This document shows, piece by piece, positions 9,318 to 18,679 of a DNA stretch of 63,803 nucleotides. Both the position numbers and the translations under genes were made by a program. This DNA is from Methylocystaceae bacterium (GTDB lineage Bacteria; Pseudomonadota; Alphaproteobacteria; Rhodospirillales; Terasakiellaceae): positions 1 to 63,803 of the forward strand of contig JABXIC010000077.1 of assembly GCA_013373265.1 (NCBI GenBank), in the 5' to 3' direction. Positions within the stretch are counted from its first letter, which is position 1; every line of letters begins with the position of its first letter. The notes beneath the pieces are model-generated. The model saw only the letters and a list, made by a program, of their open reading frames with translations, had not been told where the DNA came from and did no database searches.

Positions 9318-11135
9318 TTAATCCTCATCATCAAATAAATCAAGGCTTTGGTGCTGTACCATATCCCAATAGATGCCTTTTTTCTGCTTAAGTTGATCGT
9401 GTTGTCCCTCTTCGGCGACACTACCATTTTTTAGTACAATAACTTTATCTGCTTTTCGAATAGTAGATAACCGATGCGCGATAACAAGGACGGTTCGCCC
9501 GACTCGTAATTCTTCAACAGCATCTTGAATGACTTTTTCTGTGAAAGTATCTAGATGACTTGTAGCTTCATCCATTATTAAAAGAGTTGGTTTACGAAGA
9601 ATTGCACGAGCAATCGCTATACGTTGTTTTTGCCCGCCTGACAATCTAACACCTTTATCACCTAGCTTCGTATCGTATTGCTCGGGCATATTATTAATAA
9701 ACTCATGAGCAGATGCGAGTTTAGCAGCCATAATGATTTCTTCGTCAGTAACATTATCGAGAGCAAAAGAGATATTGTTCTTAACTGTATCGTTAAAAAT
9801 AAAGATGTCTTGGGATACGATACTTGTATGCTCTCTTAGTTTTTGAATATTAAATTCATTTAGATTTTCCCCGTCAATTTTTATTGATCCTTTATCGACG
9901 TCATAAAATCTTGTTAAGAGTGAAATCAGTGTTGTTTTACCGGCCCCAGAAGGGCCGACAACGGCTGTCAGTTTCCCAGCAGGAATAGTCATTGTTAAGT
10001 TATCAATTACGTTCGCTTTATTCTGCGGGTAACAAAAGTTGACATGATCAAAAGTTATAGAATTTTGTATGACTTTAAATTCTTTGTCCCCGGACTTTTG
10101 TTTTTTAAGCGTTGTTTCCTTGAAAAAATTATCAAGCATATTTAGAAAATATATATGTTGCACTACGCGATTACGGGCGGCATTAATCTGAGAAATTGGT
10201 CCTAATATGCGCATTATTAAGAATAAAAATAACAAAAGGCCACTTAACCAATTCTCTTGTCCGTCGTAAAGATAGCTACCCCCATACAACATCATGCAAA
10301 CGAATATTCCAGCACTTGTTGTCAAAAATGGAAATGTAAGTGTTTGATACTTTACAGTAGCTAGTTGGACAGAAAGTACATTGTTCATCGCATCGTTAAA
10401 TTTTTTAGCCATCAGAAACTCTGCGACAGCTTGTCTAATGAAGGTCATTCCTGTTATGGTTTCATGAATGATATTACTCATAATCGCATTATAGTTTGAA
10501 TGCTTTTCCCCTAATATACGTAACGGTTTAGAAACAAAAGTTTTTAAGCAAAACGATAAAAATACCACAAAAACTAAGGCTATGATGGTCATTTTCCATG
10601 ATAAAATGACCATGAAACTTAAGTACATGAGCAGAAGGAGGGAGTTCCATATAATAGTTGCTAGACTTGTTAGTAAAATTGTAACACCACCAATCCAGCC
10701 AGTTAGTCCGTTTGTTAAATCCCCTACTTCTTTCTCTGTTATGTAATTAATATCAACATTAATTAATGCACTATAACTTTTTCTAGTAAGGTTTCTTTGA
10801 AGTCTTAAGGGGATAATGGATCCCAGCATGTCTACGGAATATTGTATAAAACCGCGAATCAGAAGGACGATCGCTAACAATACCGCGCAGTATTGCAGTT
10901 TAGTTGTTATATCCATTCCTTCAAACAATGTGGATATATTATTTACAATAGGTACATTGGCAAAGGCAGAGTTATTCCCCTGAGCCTCAAGAACAGGTAT
11001 GATCATTGATACGCTGAAACCCTCTGAAAGGGCAGCAATTATCGAAAGAACAAGAAATATTGAGAAAAGCCATTTTTCTTGTGACATAAGCGCAAAGCAT
11101 TTATGTATAAAAATATAAGAATTTTTAAACTTCAT
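9318..11135 (-). CDS. ABC transporter, fused permease/ATPase (MsbA/PglK/Wzk-like exporter)
   Basis: About six N-terminal TM segments; Walker A GPSGAGKT, signature LSGGQ, Walker B LLIMDE, switch AHRLST. No C39 peptidase domain. Confidence 0.92.
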   Translation of the reverse strand: MKFKNSYIFIHKCFALMSQEKWLFSIFLVLSIIAALSEGFSVSMIIPVLEAQGNNSAFANVPIVNNISTLFEGMDITTKLQYCAVLLAIVLLIRGFIQYSVDMLGSIIPLRLQRNLTRKSYSALINVDINYITEKEVGDLTNGLTGWIGGVTILLTSLATIIWNSLLLLMYLSFMVILSWKMTIIALVFVVFLSFCLKTFVSKPLRILGEKHSNYNAIMSNIIHETITGMTFIRQAVAEFLMAKKFNDAMNNVLSVQLATVKYQTLTFPFLTTSAGIFVCMMLYGGSYLYDGQENWLSGLLLFLFLIMRILGPISQINAARNRVVQHIYFLNMLDNFFKETTLKKQKSGDKEFKVIQNSITFDHVNFCYPQNKANVIDNLTMTIPAGKLTAVVGPSGAGKTTLISLLTRFYDVDKGSIKIDGENLNEFNIQKLREHTSIVSQDIFIFNDTVKNNISFALDNVTDEEIIMAAKLASAHEFINNMPEQYDTKLGDKGVRLSGGQKQRIAIARAILRKPTLLIMDEATSHLDTFTEKVIQDAVEELRVGRTVLVIAHRLSTIRKADKVIVLKNGSVAEEGQHDQLKQKKGIYWDMVQHQSLDLFDDED

Positions 11136-13290
11136 TGTTTTTCTCGATATTCTTTCGTGCAGTTTTCTGTGCCCATTGGGAATTTACTGTTGGTGGCAGT
11201 GGGCTTGGCCATGCAGGGTAAAATTTTTCTTTTGCTGTTTTCCACGGGCCTATTTTTGTTTCATCGCTGTTTACATGTCTCCTTGTGGAAACTAGTTCGA
11301 AACCATACTTTTTACCATAATTATTTAATGATAAATTTAAGCCTTCAAGCATCGAATGACCAGCCTCTCTATACATTAAATAGTCGGTAATAATTTCAGA
11401 TGATCTCTTTCGACCATATCCATCTCGAAAGGGATCAATTTCATCTTGTATGGCAGAATGATCACCAATATTGGTCAAGTGCGGCTGAATTGCAATCTCT
11501 TTAAGGGCAGAAGAAAATGATGTGGGTGTTCTAAAAATGATGTTTTCATTACCTATAAAATCAGATGAGGGAAACATCTTTAAGTTCTGTGGATCAAAAT
11601 GAACAACTGGTTTGCCAGTATGGATAAATGATTGAATACCAGCTGAGTTAATTGAATAACATGCGACAGCATCAGCAGCGAGAGCGGCAATCGATGGGCG
11701 TTGAATAGGATTGAGAAGTATGCATCTGCCTTCAGAGCTCAGGCGTTTAAACTCCTGTTTTAAGAGAGAGTTTTGCTGTAAAAATAATTCAGTTGTACCT
11801 TTTGGTTTGATGATACATCCCCAATTTGGGTTTGCTAATAAGAGGTCAAACACGGTTTTAAAAAAAATAATTACATTGGCTGTGTCATGGTGAACACCTT
11901 TACCATTCTCAGCATGAGAGCTGTCGAATAATGTTAATACGAAATTGACAGATGAAGGGAATTTTTCTCTAATTTCCTTTGCTTTAATTTCATCATTTTC
12001 ATCTCGTCCGTCATACCCAAGAATACCGACTTGTGCCGCATATGAAAAATCAAAGTCCTGAATACAATTGTGATTTAAATCATATTTTCCCCAAGCAAGG
12101 AATAGGTCTGCAAAAACACCACTGTACCATGAAGCAAATAGGCCAAGAAAAGACCAGTAACTCCAGATAAACAGAGTATCTTCCATTCGACAGGCAAGAT
12201 TTTGTAAGAGTGAATTAGCTGCAAATTCCTGATGTTGGTATAAAGAGACTGCATTTGTTTTTTTTATAATATTTCGATGGTGTTGTAATCTTAAATAGTT
12301 TTTAGCTAAGAACAACCATTGCCAGTAATCATTCATTTTTCCGAAAACAGGAACGAGAGAAATTATTGAAACCCAAGTATTGAAATCGATGCCATGGATG
12401 TATTTAAGTTCGCTTTCAGGGGCTAAAGCATCTAAGTATCCAAATTTAAATTCTTTTAATTTCAGTAATATTTCATCTGTTACTGGAGTATCGAAACGAT
12501 CAAAAAGAATAACAACGCGATTTGGGTCTAGATTACTATCTACAAACCAGTCTAAAGAAGTCACAAAAGGGAGTCTGTCTAGCATATTTTGTTCATATTG
12601 AACTAAAATTGTACCTTTCTTAATTGCTTCTGGATCAACTTCGGCTTTAAAGTCTATGCGAATTTTTTTTAAATTTTTAATGACTCTTAGAGGCCAAGCA
12701 ATGGCTATCCAAATTAATAAGCTAAGATTTTCCCGAAAACTAACTTTGGAAAAATGGGATTTAATTAAAAGAGGGAAGTTAATATCTAATAATTTATAAC
12801 ATGTTGGAATTGTTTTTTTAGATAGAGGTATGCCTGAATAATGAATAACAATATTTGAAAGATTCTTATTTTCTACTTGATGGGTTTCGTATAAATTCTC
12901 AATAGTACAAAGATAATTAACTAGAGGAGTGCATTGCTCACGAAAATGTTGGGTTAAAATCCGTAACCATTCTTCTTGAAAGGGTTGGAGTTCTTTTGGA
13001 ATTTTGTACGCTTTAGCGTCTTTCCCTACTGCAGAACGTGTTAAGGCTGCTTTAAATTCTTCAAATCGTGCTCTTATATTAACACCGTTTTTGTTTAATG
13101 ACGTATAACTTATTGAAAATGTGTTTATTTTCGGAAGCTTAAGATGCTTTTTGTTTTCTAAATAAAAATATAACTTTTGGGAATTTGGACTAAATGCGGA
13201 CACAAATATACATCGTGAAGAGAAATAATTTAAAAATATTTCTTTCATTAATGATAGAAGGCTAAGCTGAATATACCAAATATGAGACAT
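11125..13290 (-). CDS. Large hypothetical protein, putative polysaccharide-biosynthesis transferase
   Basis: 721-aa AT-rich ORF overlapping the ABC gene start. C-terminal LAWG, FDSS, IIKPK, NSAG and DPFRDG motifs suggest a GT-B-like fold. Confidence 0.5.
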   Translation of the reverse strand: MSHIWYIQLSLLSLMKEIFLNYFSSRCIFVSAFSPNSQKLYFYLENKKHLKLPKINTFSISYTSLNKNGVNIRARFEEFKAALTRSAVGKDAKAYKIPKELQPFQEEWLRILTQHFREQCTPLVNYLCTIENLYETHQVENKNLSNIVIHYSGIPLSKKTIPTCYKLLDINFPLLIKSHFSKVSFRENLSLLIWIAIAWPLRVIKNLKKIRIDFKAEVDPEAIKKGTILVQYEQNMLDRLPFVTSLDWFVDSNLDPNRVVILFDRFDTPVTDEILLKLKEFKFGYLDALAPESELKYIHGIDFNTWVSIISLVPVFGKMNDYWQWLFLAKNYLRLQHHRNIIKKTNAVSLYQHQEFAANSLLQNLACRMEDTLFIWSYWSFLGLFASWYSGVFADLFLAWGKYDLNHNCIQDFDFSYAAQVGILGYDGRDENDEIKAKEIREKFPSSVNFVLTLFDSSHAENGKGVHHDTANVIIFFKTVFDLLLANPNWGCIIKPKGTTELFLQQNSLLKQEFKRLSSEGRCILLNPIQRPSIAALAADAVACYSINSAGIQSFIHTGKPVVHFDPQNLKMFPSSDFIGNENIIFRTPTSFSSALKEIAIQPHLTNIGDHSAIQDEIDPFRDGYGRKRSSEIITDYLMYREAGHSMLEGLNLSLNNYGKKYGFELVSTRRHVNSDETKIGPWKTAKEKFYPAWPSPLPPTVNSQWAQKTARKNIEKNNEV

Positions 13291-13329
13291 GATTTTATTT
13301 AATTAACTTAATGTATAATTATTTATAAT

Positions 13330-14163
13330 TTATTTGATTTTTTGAGCAAAAATAAGATGTCTATCAGGAGGCAAAAACCGCATTACGATTTGCATCATCT
13401 TACAGATAATATTCGGGGCTTTCGGTAAATTCAAAGCTTCACAAAAATGTTCAAATGAGAGCGGAGATTTAATATGATGGATTATTTCAAAACCATGTTT
13501 TTTAAGAATCTTCTTTAAAGTCGGATAGGTAAACATATAGGTTGCCATTGCCCCATAGCGAACACGTAAATTATTTTGGCTCCAATAGTACGGGCTATCC
13601 AGAAGATTACCTTTAATATATAGAATTCCTGTATCTGTGAGTCTGCGATGTGTGAGATCAAGAGTTTCCTTTAATGAATCTACGTAATACAAGCATTCGC
13701 GAAAGGAGATGAGTTCAAAACTTTCATCGCTAAATTCTTTACTCAGATTTTTAGTATCGTATCTACCGTGTCTAACATCAGCCCCAGCAGTTTGAGCCTG
13801 TTTACTTAAAACAGCATAGGCTTCGATCCCACTCGCGTTTGAGCCTTTATTTTTTAATCCAGCGACAAAAGTGCCATCTCCAGAACCAATATCAAGAGAT
13901 CGTCCATTATTGAAAATGTGTGGAGCGATTTTATGTAGAATATCTAACTCTGGTATTATTGAAGCAAAATTCCACTGAACAGACACATCCGTAGAATAAA
14001 CTAAATCATATTGGTCATCTAGAATAGCCTGGCTTTGGTCAGCATTTTTGAGTTCTTTAGGAAAAACAACATCACATTCCGAGCATGCCAATAGGCTGGC
14101 ATCTTTTGTATTACGCGGTTTATGACTGCTAGAACAATAAGGGCAAGTAACTATCTTATTCAT
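13330..14163 (-). CDS. Class I SAM-dependent methyltransferase with N-terminal CxxC..CxxC zinc knuckle
   Basis: CPYC...CSEC, motif I LDIGSGDG, FELISFRECLYYV. Confidence 0.85.
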   Translation of the reverse strand: MNKIVTCPYCSSSHKPRNTKDASLLACSECDVVFPKELKNADQSQAILDDQYDLVYSTDVSVQWNFASIIPELDILHKIAPHIFNNGRSLDIGSGDGTFVAGLKNKGSNASGIEAYAVLSKQAQTAGADVRHGRYDTKNLSKEFSDESFELISFRECLYYVDSLKETLDLTHRRLTDTGILYIKGNLLDSPYYWSQNNLRVRYGAMATYMFTYPTLKKILKKHGFEIIHHIKSPLSFEHFCEALNLPKAPNIICKMMQIVMRFLPPDRHLIFAQKIK

Positions 14164-14191
14164 AAATAATTTTTCCCATTTATAATAATAG

Positions 14192-15763
14192 TTAGATGAA
14201 AGATAGAGGGACTTTTTCTTTCATCTTTGCATCTGCTCGAGCAACTCCTTCCTGTGGGTCACCTTTTAATTTGACCCATTCTTTTTCAAAAGCGTCTAGT
14301 TTATCAAAATCCCCCCTGATCATAAGTTCTCGCAGACCATAAAGCTCAACAGCATTGAAATTTTCAGATATCGTAGCTGTAATGTCTGTCGCATCACCGA
14401 GAGCCTTCACATAGTTCTCTAGCTTACCATTGTATTGAGAAAGAATTTTGTCTTTATACATGCCGTACCATTCGCATCCTGGGTATGGTGTTACAAAAAA
14501 TGGCTTTGTAACAATACCAAGGCGATCCCAAGCCTTCATAGTATCACGAAGGCTTTCAAAATCTTCTGATGGAAATCCGATCATCTGATTGGGAATTGGG
14601 CGTATTCCAGCTTGCATAGTCCAATTATATGACTTGATGTTATTAGCTGGGGTAGCTCCTTTGCCGATACTTTTTAAGATACGTGGAGAGAATGATTCCC
14701 AACCATAATCAAGGTATGAACAACCCGCATTGCCCATCATTTGGAGGATGTCTTGAGTACATAAAGTGGCGTGACTTGTTCCACCCCAATGTACACCATG
14801 AGTGCAGTTTTCATCATGAAGAACACCTTCTTGACGGCACTTAGGTTGTAGGCCCTCTTTAATCCATAGATTACAAATCTCCTTCATCCATGTTCGTTTG
14901 GAATATTGGTCCATTGTCATCAAATTTTCGTCTAAGAAAGATACAAAATTAACTTGAAAACGTTCAACCATATATTTGACCATGTCAATAATATATCTTG
15001 GGCTATGATATCTGATATTACGGCTATGATTACCCGGCATGTCAAAGACTACATCTGCTTTTCCACCATCTCCTTCGACATAAGCCATGTCGCCAGATAA
15101 ACCCAGGTGGAAACAATAACGACAAATTAGTGAACATCCATAACTTGTATTAATGTCCAGTCGCCTTGTTGCTGTCATTGACTCTTCCGCTAGGGCTACA
15201 GACGAGTTTGGGAAATATACTTCTTCAAGGGGGAAAAGTTCCCATGCAGGATACGGTAAACTATCTAAATCAGCTAAAAGAGGACGAGACTTTGTAAAGT
15301 AGGTTTCATTATTTTTACGAAGACAGAGACCAGCTACATCATCGAGAGATGCTGCACTTTGACCGATAGCATCCAACAGTTCTGGAAACGTTACATATGC
15401 TTCACCAATAACTCCAATATCAATTTGTTTGATAAAAGACATAATGTCGTGAGGCATGCTTGTCAGCATACCACCGCCACAGATAGTTATTGATTTTTCA
15501 GAATAAGTTTTGGCACTTTCAAAAATTGTTTTAAGGGAAGAATATGCCGTCGTAATTCCTCCTGCAGCAATGACATCCCATTCATCCGCTTGCATAACGT
15601 CTTTAAGGACATCATCATTTAAGCGCCAAGCATTGTGATCGAATACCTGAACTTGATGCCCAGCTTTCATCGCAAGTGAGGCTAACATTGCTATACCGTA
15701 AGGAACATGTCGAGGTGCATCTTCTGCTCTTACGATCGGGTTTACAAAAAGAATTTTTACCAA
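14192..15763 (-). CDS. Cobalamin-dependent (B12-binding) radical SAM protein
   Basis: KILFVNP...PYGIAMLAS...IGEAY; YGCSLICRYC; FLDEN; YGWESFS; TPYPG. TTG start with AAGGA RBS. Confidence 0.9.
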   Translation of the reverse strand: MVKILFVNPIVRAEDAPRHVPYGIAMLASLAMKAGHQVQVFDHNAWRLNDDVLKDVMQADEWDVIAAGGITTAYSSLKTIFESAKTYSEKSITICGGGMLTSMPHDIMSFIKQIDIGVIGEAYVTFPELLDAIGQSAASLDDVAGLCLRKNNETYFTKSRPLLADLDSLPYPAWELFPLEEVYFPNSSVALAEESMTATRRLDINTSYGCSLICRYCFHLGLSGDMAYVEGDGGKADVVFDMPGNHSRNIRYHSPRYIIDMVKYMVERFQVNFVSFLDENLMTMDQYSKRTWMKEICNLWIKEGLQPKCRQEGVLHDENCTHGVHWGGTSHATLCTQDILQMMGNAGCSYLDYGWESFSPRILKSIGKGATPANNIKSYNWTMQAGIRPIPNQMIGFPSEDFESLRDTMKAWDRLGIVTKPFFVTPYPGCEWYGMYKDKILSQYNGKLENYVKALGDATDITATISENFNAVELYGLRELMIRGDFDKLDAFEKEWVKLKGDPQEGVARADAKMKEKVPLSFI

Positions 15764-15813
15764 AATATGTTCCTTAATAATATTGGATTAACAAGGTTTA
15801 ACGATAAAGGAAT

Positions 15814-16845
15814 TTATTGTTGAGGTTTAATAAATTCTTCGAAAGAGCATGTCTCAATACCCTCTCCAAACAAGATACCACCACCGGTACAGTTGTAGGT
15901 TTTTACACCATTACTTGAAGCCATCTCTGCCATCTCTAAAAATGCTGATCGATACCACAAATATGCTGGGTCGGTGAAAAATTCTGTATTTGTATGAGGA
16001 TTTTGAAAATGTACAAACCCCTTCGACAGATTGTCCTCACCTAGTAAATCTAATAACTCGGTGTAATATTGAGTTTCTTTATACGTAGTATCCCCATAAT
16101 AACTGAAGTCCATTCCAAGTAAGCCAACCCTAGACTTGCTTAATAAGGCATGAGCAATCACCCAACAAGCTGTACCAACATTGCCTCCAGCATTAATGCA
16201 TGGAAGGCCATTCATTCGATGGACTTCACGTGTTAAACTTTCCGGGGCATCGTAGTCATCAAAGAATGGGTTCCACCAATAGGTATCCATACCAGATTGT
16301 TGAGCTCTTTGTACGACAGCAGGAGAAGCAGAACTTGAAATGGCAATCCTCATTTCCTTGCCATGTTCATTAATAAGATTAATTAAGTCATTATTAAATG
16401 CAAGTTGATTATCTCTGAATGAAGGGTCCATATCTTGGCGTGAAAAATAATCGTCTTCATCAATAGCTTGTTGATTTAGCTTTGGATCACCAAACCAACG
16501 TACAATGCGTTCTGGATGTGGATCAACAGTCACAACAACATGTGGAATAATTTTATTCCTCAAGCACCAGGCCATAGATGACTCCGTAACAATAATGGTC
16601 CCATCAAAATTGCTTCCTTTTATCATCTTTGCCGTATCGTTACGGTGCAGGCTAGGTCCTGCAGCAATTACAAGGGCAGTATCATTATCTGGCAAACCAC
16701 TATCTTTTAGATACTGTATAGGGTTACTCTCCTCAATAGAGAGCTGGTTTTTGTGGGCATTTTTAATAGCTTGCTGTCCCACTCTTTCAAGAGTAAGGGA
16801 GTTCATTTGCTCAACTAAAGTTTCAGCGAAACTTGAAATGGCCAT
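15814..16845 (-). CDS. Maf/DUF115 (MAF_flag10, MptE-like) domain protein; candidate nonulosonate transferase
   Basis: ALVIAAGPSL, PHVVVTVD, GGNVGT, LLGMDFSY and YNCTGGG match the DUF115 motif order. Confidence 0.78.
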   Translation of the reverse strand: MAISSFAETLVEQMNSLTLERVGQQAIKNAHKNQLSIEESNPIQYLKDSGLPDNDTALVIAAGPSLHRNDTAKMIKGSNFDGTIIVTESSMAWCLRNKIIPHVVVTVDPHPERIVRWFGDPKLNQQAIDEDDYFSRQDMDPSFRDNQLAFNNDLINLINEHGKEMRIAISSSASPAVVQRAQQSGMDTYWWNPFFDDYDAPESLTREVHRMNGLPCINAGGNVGTACWVIAHALLSKSRVGLLGMDFSYYGDTTYKETQYYTELLDLLGEDNLSKGFVHFQNPHTNTEFFTDPAYLWYRSAFLEMAEMASSNGVKTYNCTGGGILFGEGIETCSFEEFIKPQQ

Positions 16846-16877
16846 TTGGTATACCTGTATTTAAGATTCTGCGAGTA

Positions 16878-17093
16878 TTAATCTTTGTCATATTGTGATG
16901 CGCGACCTGATTTTTTCATTTCTTTCTCATCTCCATCTTCGATCCAGACGAAGTTTTTACGAGAAACAAACCCAATACTTCCACCAAGTGTCGCTAGCGC
17001 AGCTTTCTCGAACCTTGACTCTATATCGTCTTTTTCTTTATTTTTTACAACCTGTGAAGCTGGTTCGAAGTTACCTTTTAGTAAGTTGTTCAT
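16878..17093 (-). CDS. Small hypothetical protein (71 aa)
   Basis: Fills the gap between flanking co-oriented genes; GGAGA RBS 7 nt before the ATG; no family recognised. Confidence 0.65.
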   Translation of the reverse strand: MNNLLKGNFEPASQVVKNKEKDDIESRFEKAALATLGGSIGFVSRKNFVWIEDGDEKEMKKSGRASQYDKD

Positions 17094-17117
17094 AATGTAT
17101 TCTCCGTATATATATTG

Positions 17118-17795
17118 CTAAAAAATTGCTTTTAATATCATAAAGGCTTCTGCGTTTTTAACGCTAATGTCCGCACCTCTATATTCCGAAATAGCACGAA
17201 CTTTTTTAAATGATCGTGGGTGCGGGTCATCCATTATTTCGCTTTTATAAAGCGAAAGAATTTCAATCTTTTTATCAATGAGGTCAGTGATATCACAATA
17301 CGAATTAGGAATAAAACAATTTGTTAACAGAGGCGGTGAAACATTTGTTGAGGATAGTGTTTCAAAGCAAAGTATTTGTTTCACGCATGGTAGTCTAAAT
17401 GATTTAGTACATGCCCAGACTGCATCAAAAGTTATTTTATGATCGGAATGTACATCTCCAGGATATACAACGTAGATAATTTCGGGCTGAATTTCATTAA
17501 GTATCTTACTAATCTTCCCAATAAGATCAGGAAGGCAGCTCTCATGAAGGGATGCAGGTTGATTGCCCAATTCGTAAGTAGCGTTCATACCATATGATTT
17601 AGCAACAGCTTTTATAGTGTCCTTCCTTTCACGTACAGAAGAATCAGTATATTTGGGAGTTTGTGGGGAAGTGGCTATTAGCCAGTTAATTACATCTCCA
17701 TTCGCAGAATGTTTAAGTATTGTTCCACCACATCCAAGGGTTTCATCATCTGCGTGAGCTGAAATCACAGCAATAGATTTTTTTCGAGCAATCAT
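17118..17795 (-). CDS. PIG-L/LmbE family deacetylase
   Basis: SAHADDETLGCGG and DVHSDH metal-binding motifs; C-terminal AEAF. Confidence 0.9.
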   Translation of the reverse strand: MIARKKSIAVISAHADDETLGCGGTILKHSANGDVINWLIATSPQTPKYTDSSVRERKDTIKAVAKSYGMNATYELGNQPASLHESCLPDLIGKISKILNEIQPEIIYVVYPGDVHSDHKITFDAVWACTKSFRLPCVKQILCFETLSSTNVSPPLLTNCFIPNSYCDITDLIDKKIEILSLYKSEIMDDPHPRSFKKVRAISEYRGADISVKNAEAFMILKAIF

Positions 17796-18679
17796 AATAA
17801 GGTATCATGTTTTTTTGGTAATTTTTTTAAGTTGTGCTTTGTAACAGTCACTGATCCATCGCCTGTTTTAACTTTAAATTGGTTTTTGTCAACAAAAAGG
17901 ACATGTCCTGGCTCTATATCTGGTGATGAGTCTTTATTGATTTCAAGGTCCCAAATTTTAAAACATCCAGTTGGACCATCTGAATCGGCACCAGGGTAAG
18001 GATGGCTTAATGCACGTACTAAATTGCGAATACTTGTTGAATGCATTCGCCAATCTATTTTGCCATCGCTTGCCTTTCTTTTGCGCCAATATGTTGCTTG
18101 ACTATGATCCTGAGGCTGCGCTGATATGGTATTGGTATTGAATTGCTCTATTAGTTCTCGTATTTGCCGTGCGGCAGTTTGCGTGATTTCAAAGTATAGG
18201 CTTTGTGCGTTCATATCTTCACTTATTAGTATGCGTTCTTGTGAGAGAATTGGACCTGAGTCCGCACCTTCATCCATTAAGAAAAATGTAGAACCCGTTT
18301 TTTTCAAACCCAAGGCAAGAGCCCAAATGATTGGATGGCGCCCTCTATTCCTTGGTAATAAAGTGGGATGATATCCAATGACTCCTTGAGGAGGAATTGC
18401 AAGAATATTACTATCTAATATCTCGGACCATCCAATACAAAAAATGATGTCAGGCTTTTTTGCTTTGATCCACTCAATTGCTGATGCGTCACGTAAGGTC
18501 ATGACTTGAAGGTATGGTATGTTAGCATTTCGCGCAAGATCACCCAGAGGTGCGAAATCAGTGTTAAAGTTTGACTTTGGCTTACAAATAACGCCGCATA
18601 GATCTACATCTGTTTTTATAAGTGTACTTAATAAATGTCGGCTAAAAGCAACACTTCCAATAACTAGTGCTCTTATCAT
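17792..18679 (-). CDS. Formyltransferase (N10-formyl-THF-dependent, Fmt-like sugar N-formyltransferase)
   Basis: HPTLLPRNRGRHP, DEGADSG and IDW...RAL..PYPGA; C-terminal Fmt domain. Confidence 0.88.
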   Translation of the reverse strand: MIRALVIGSVAFSRHLLSTLIKTDVDLCGVICKPKSNFNTDFAPLGDLARNANIPYLQVMTLRDASAIEWIKAKKPDIIFCIGWSEILDSNILAIPPQGVIGYHPTLLPRNRGRHPIIWALALGLKKTGSTFFLMDEGADSGPILSQERILISEDMNAQSLYFEITQTAARQIRELIEQFNTNTISAQPQDHSQATYWRKRKASDGKIDWRMHSTSIRNLVRALSHPYPGADSDGPTGCFKIWDLEINKDSSPDIEPGHVLFVDKNQFKVKTGDGSVTVTKHNLKKLPKKHDTLL

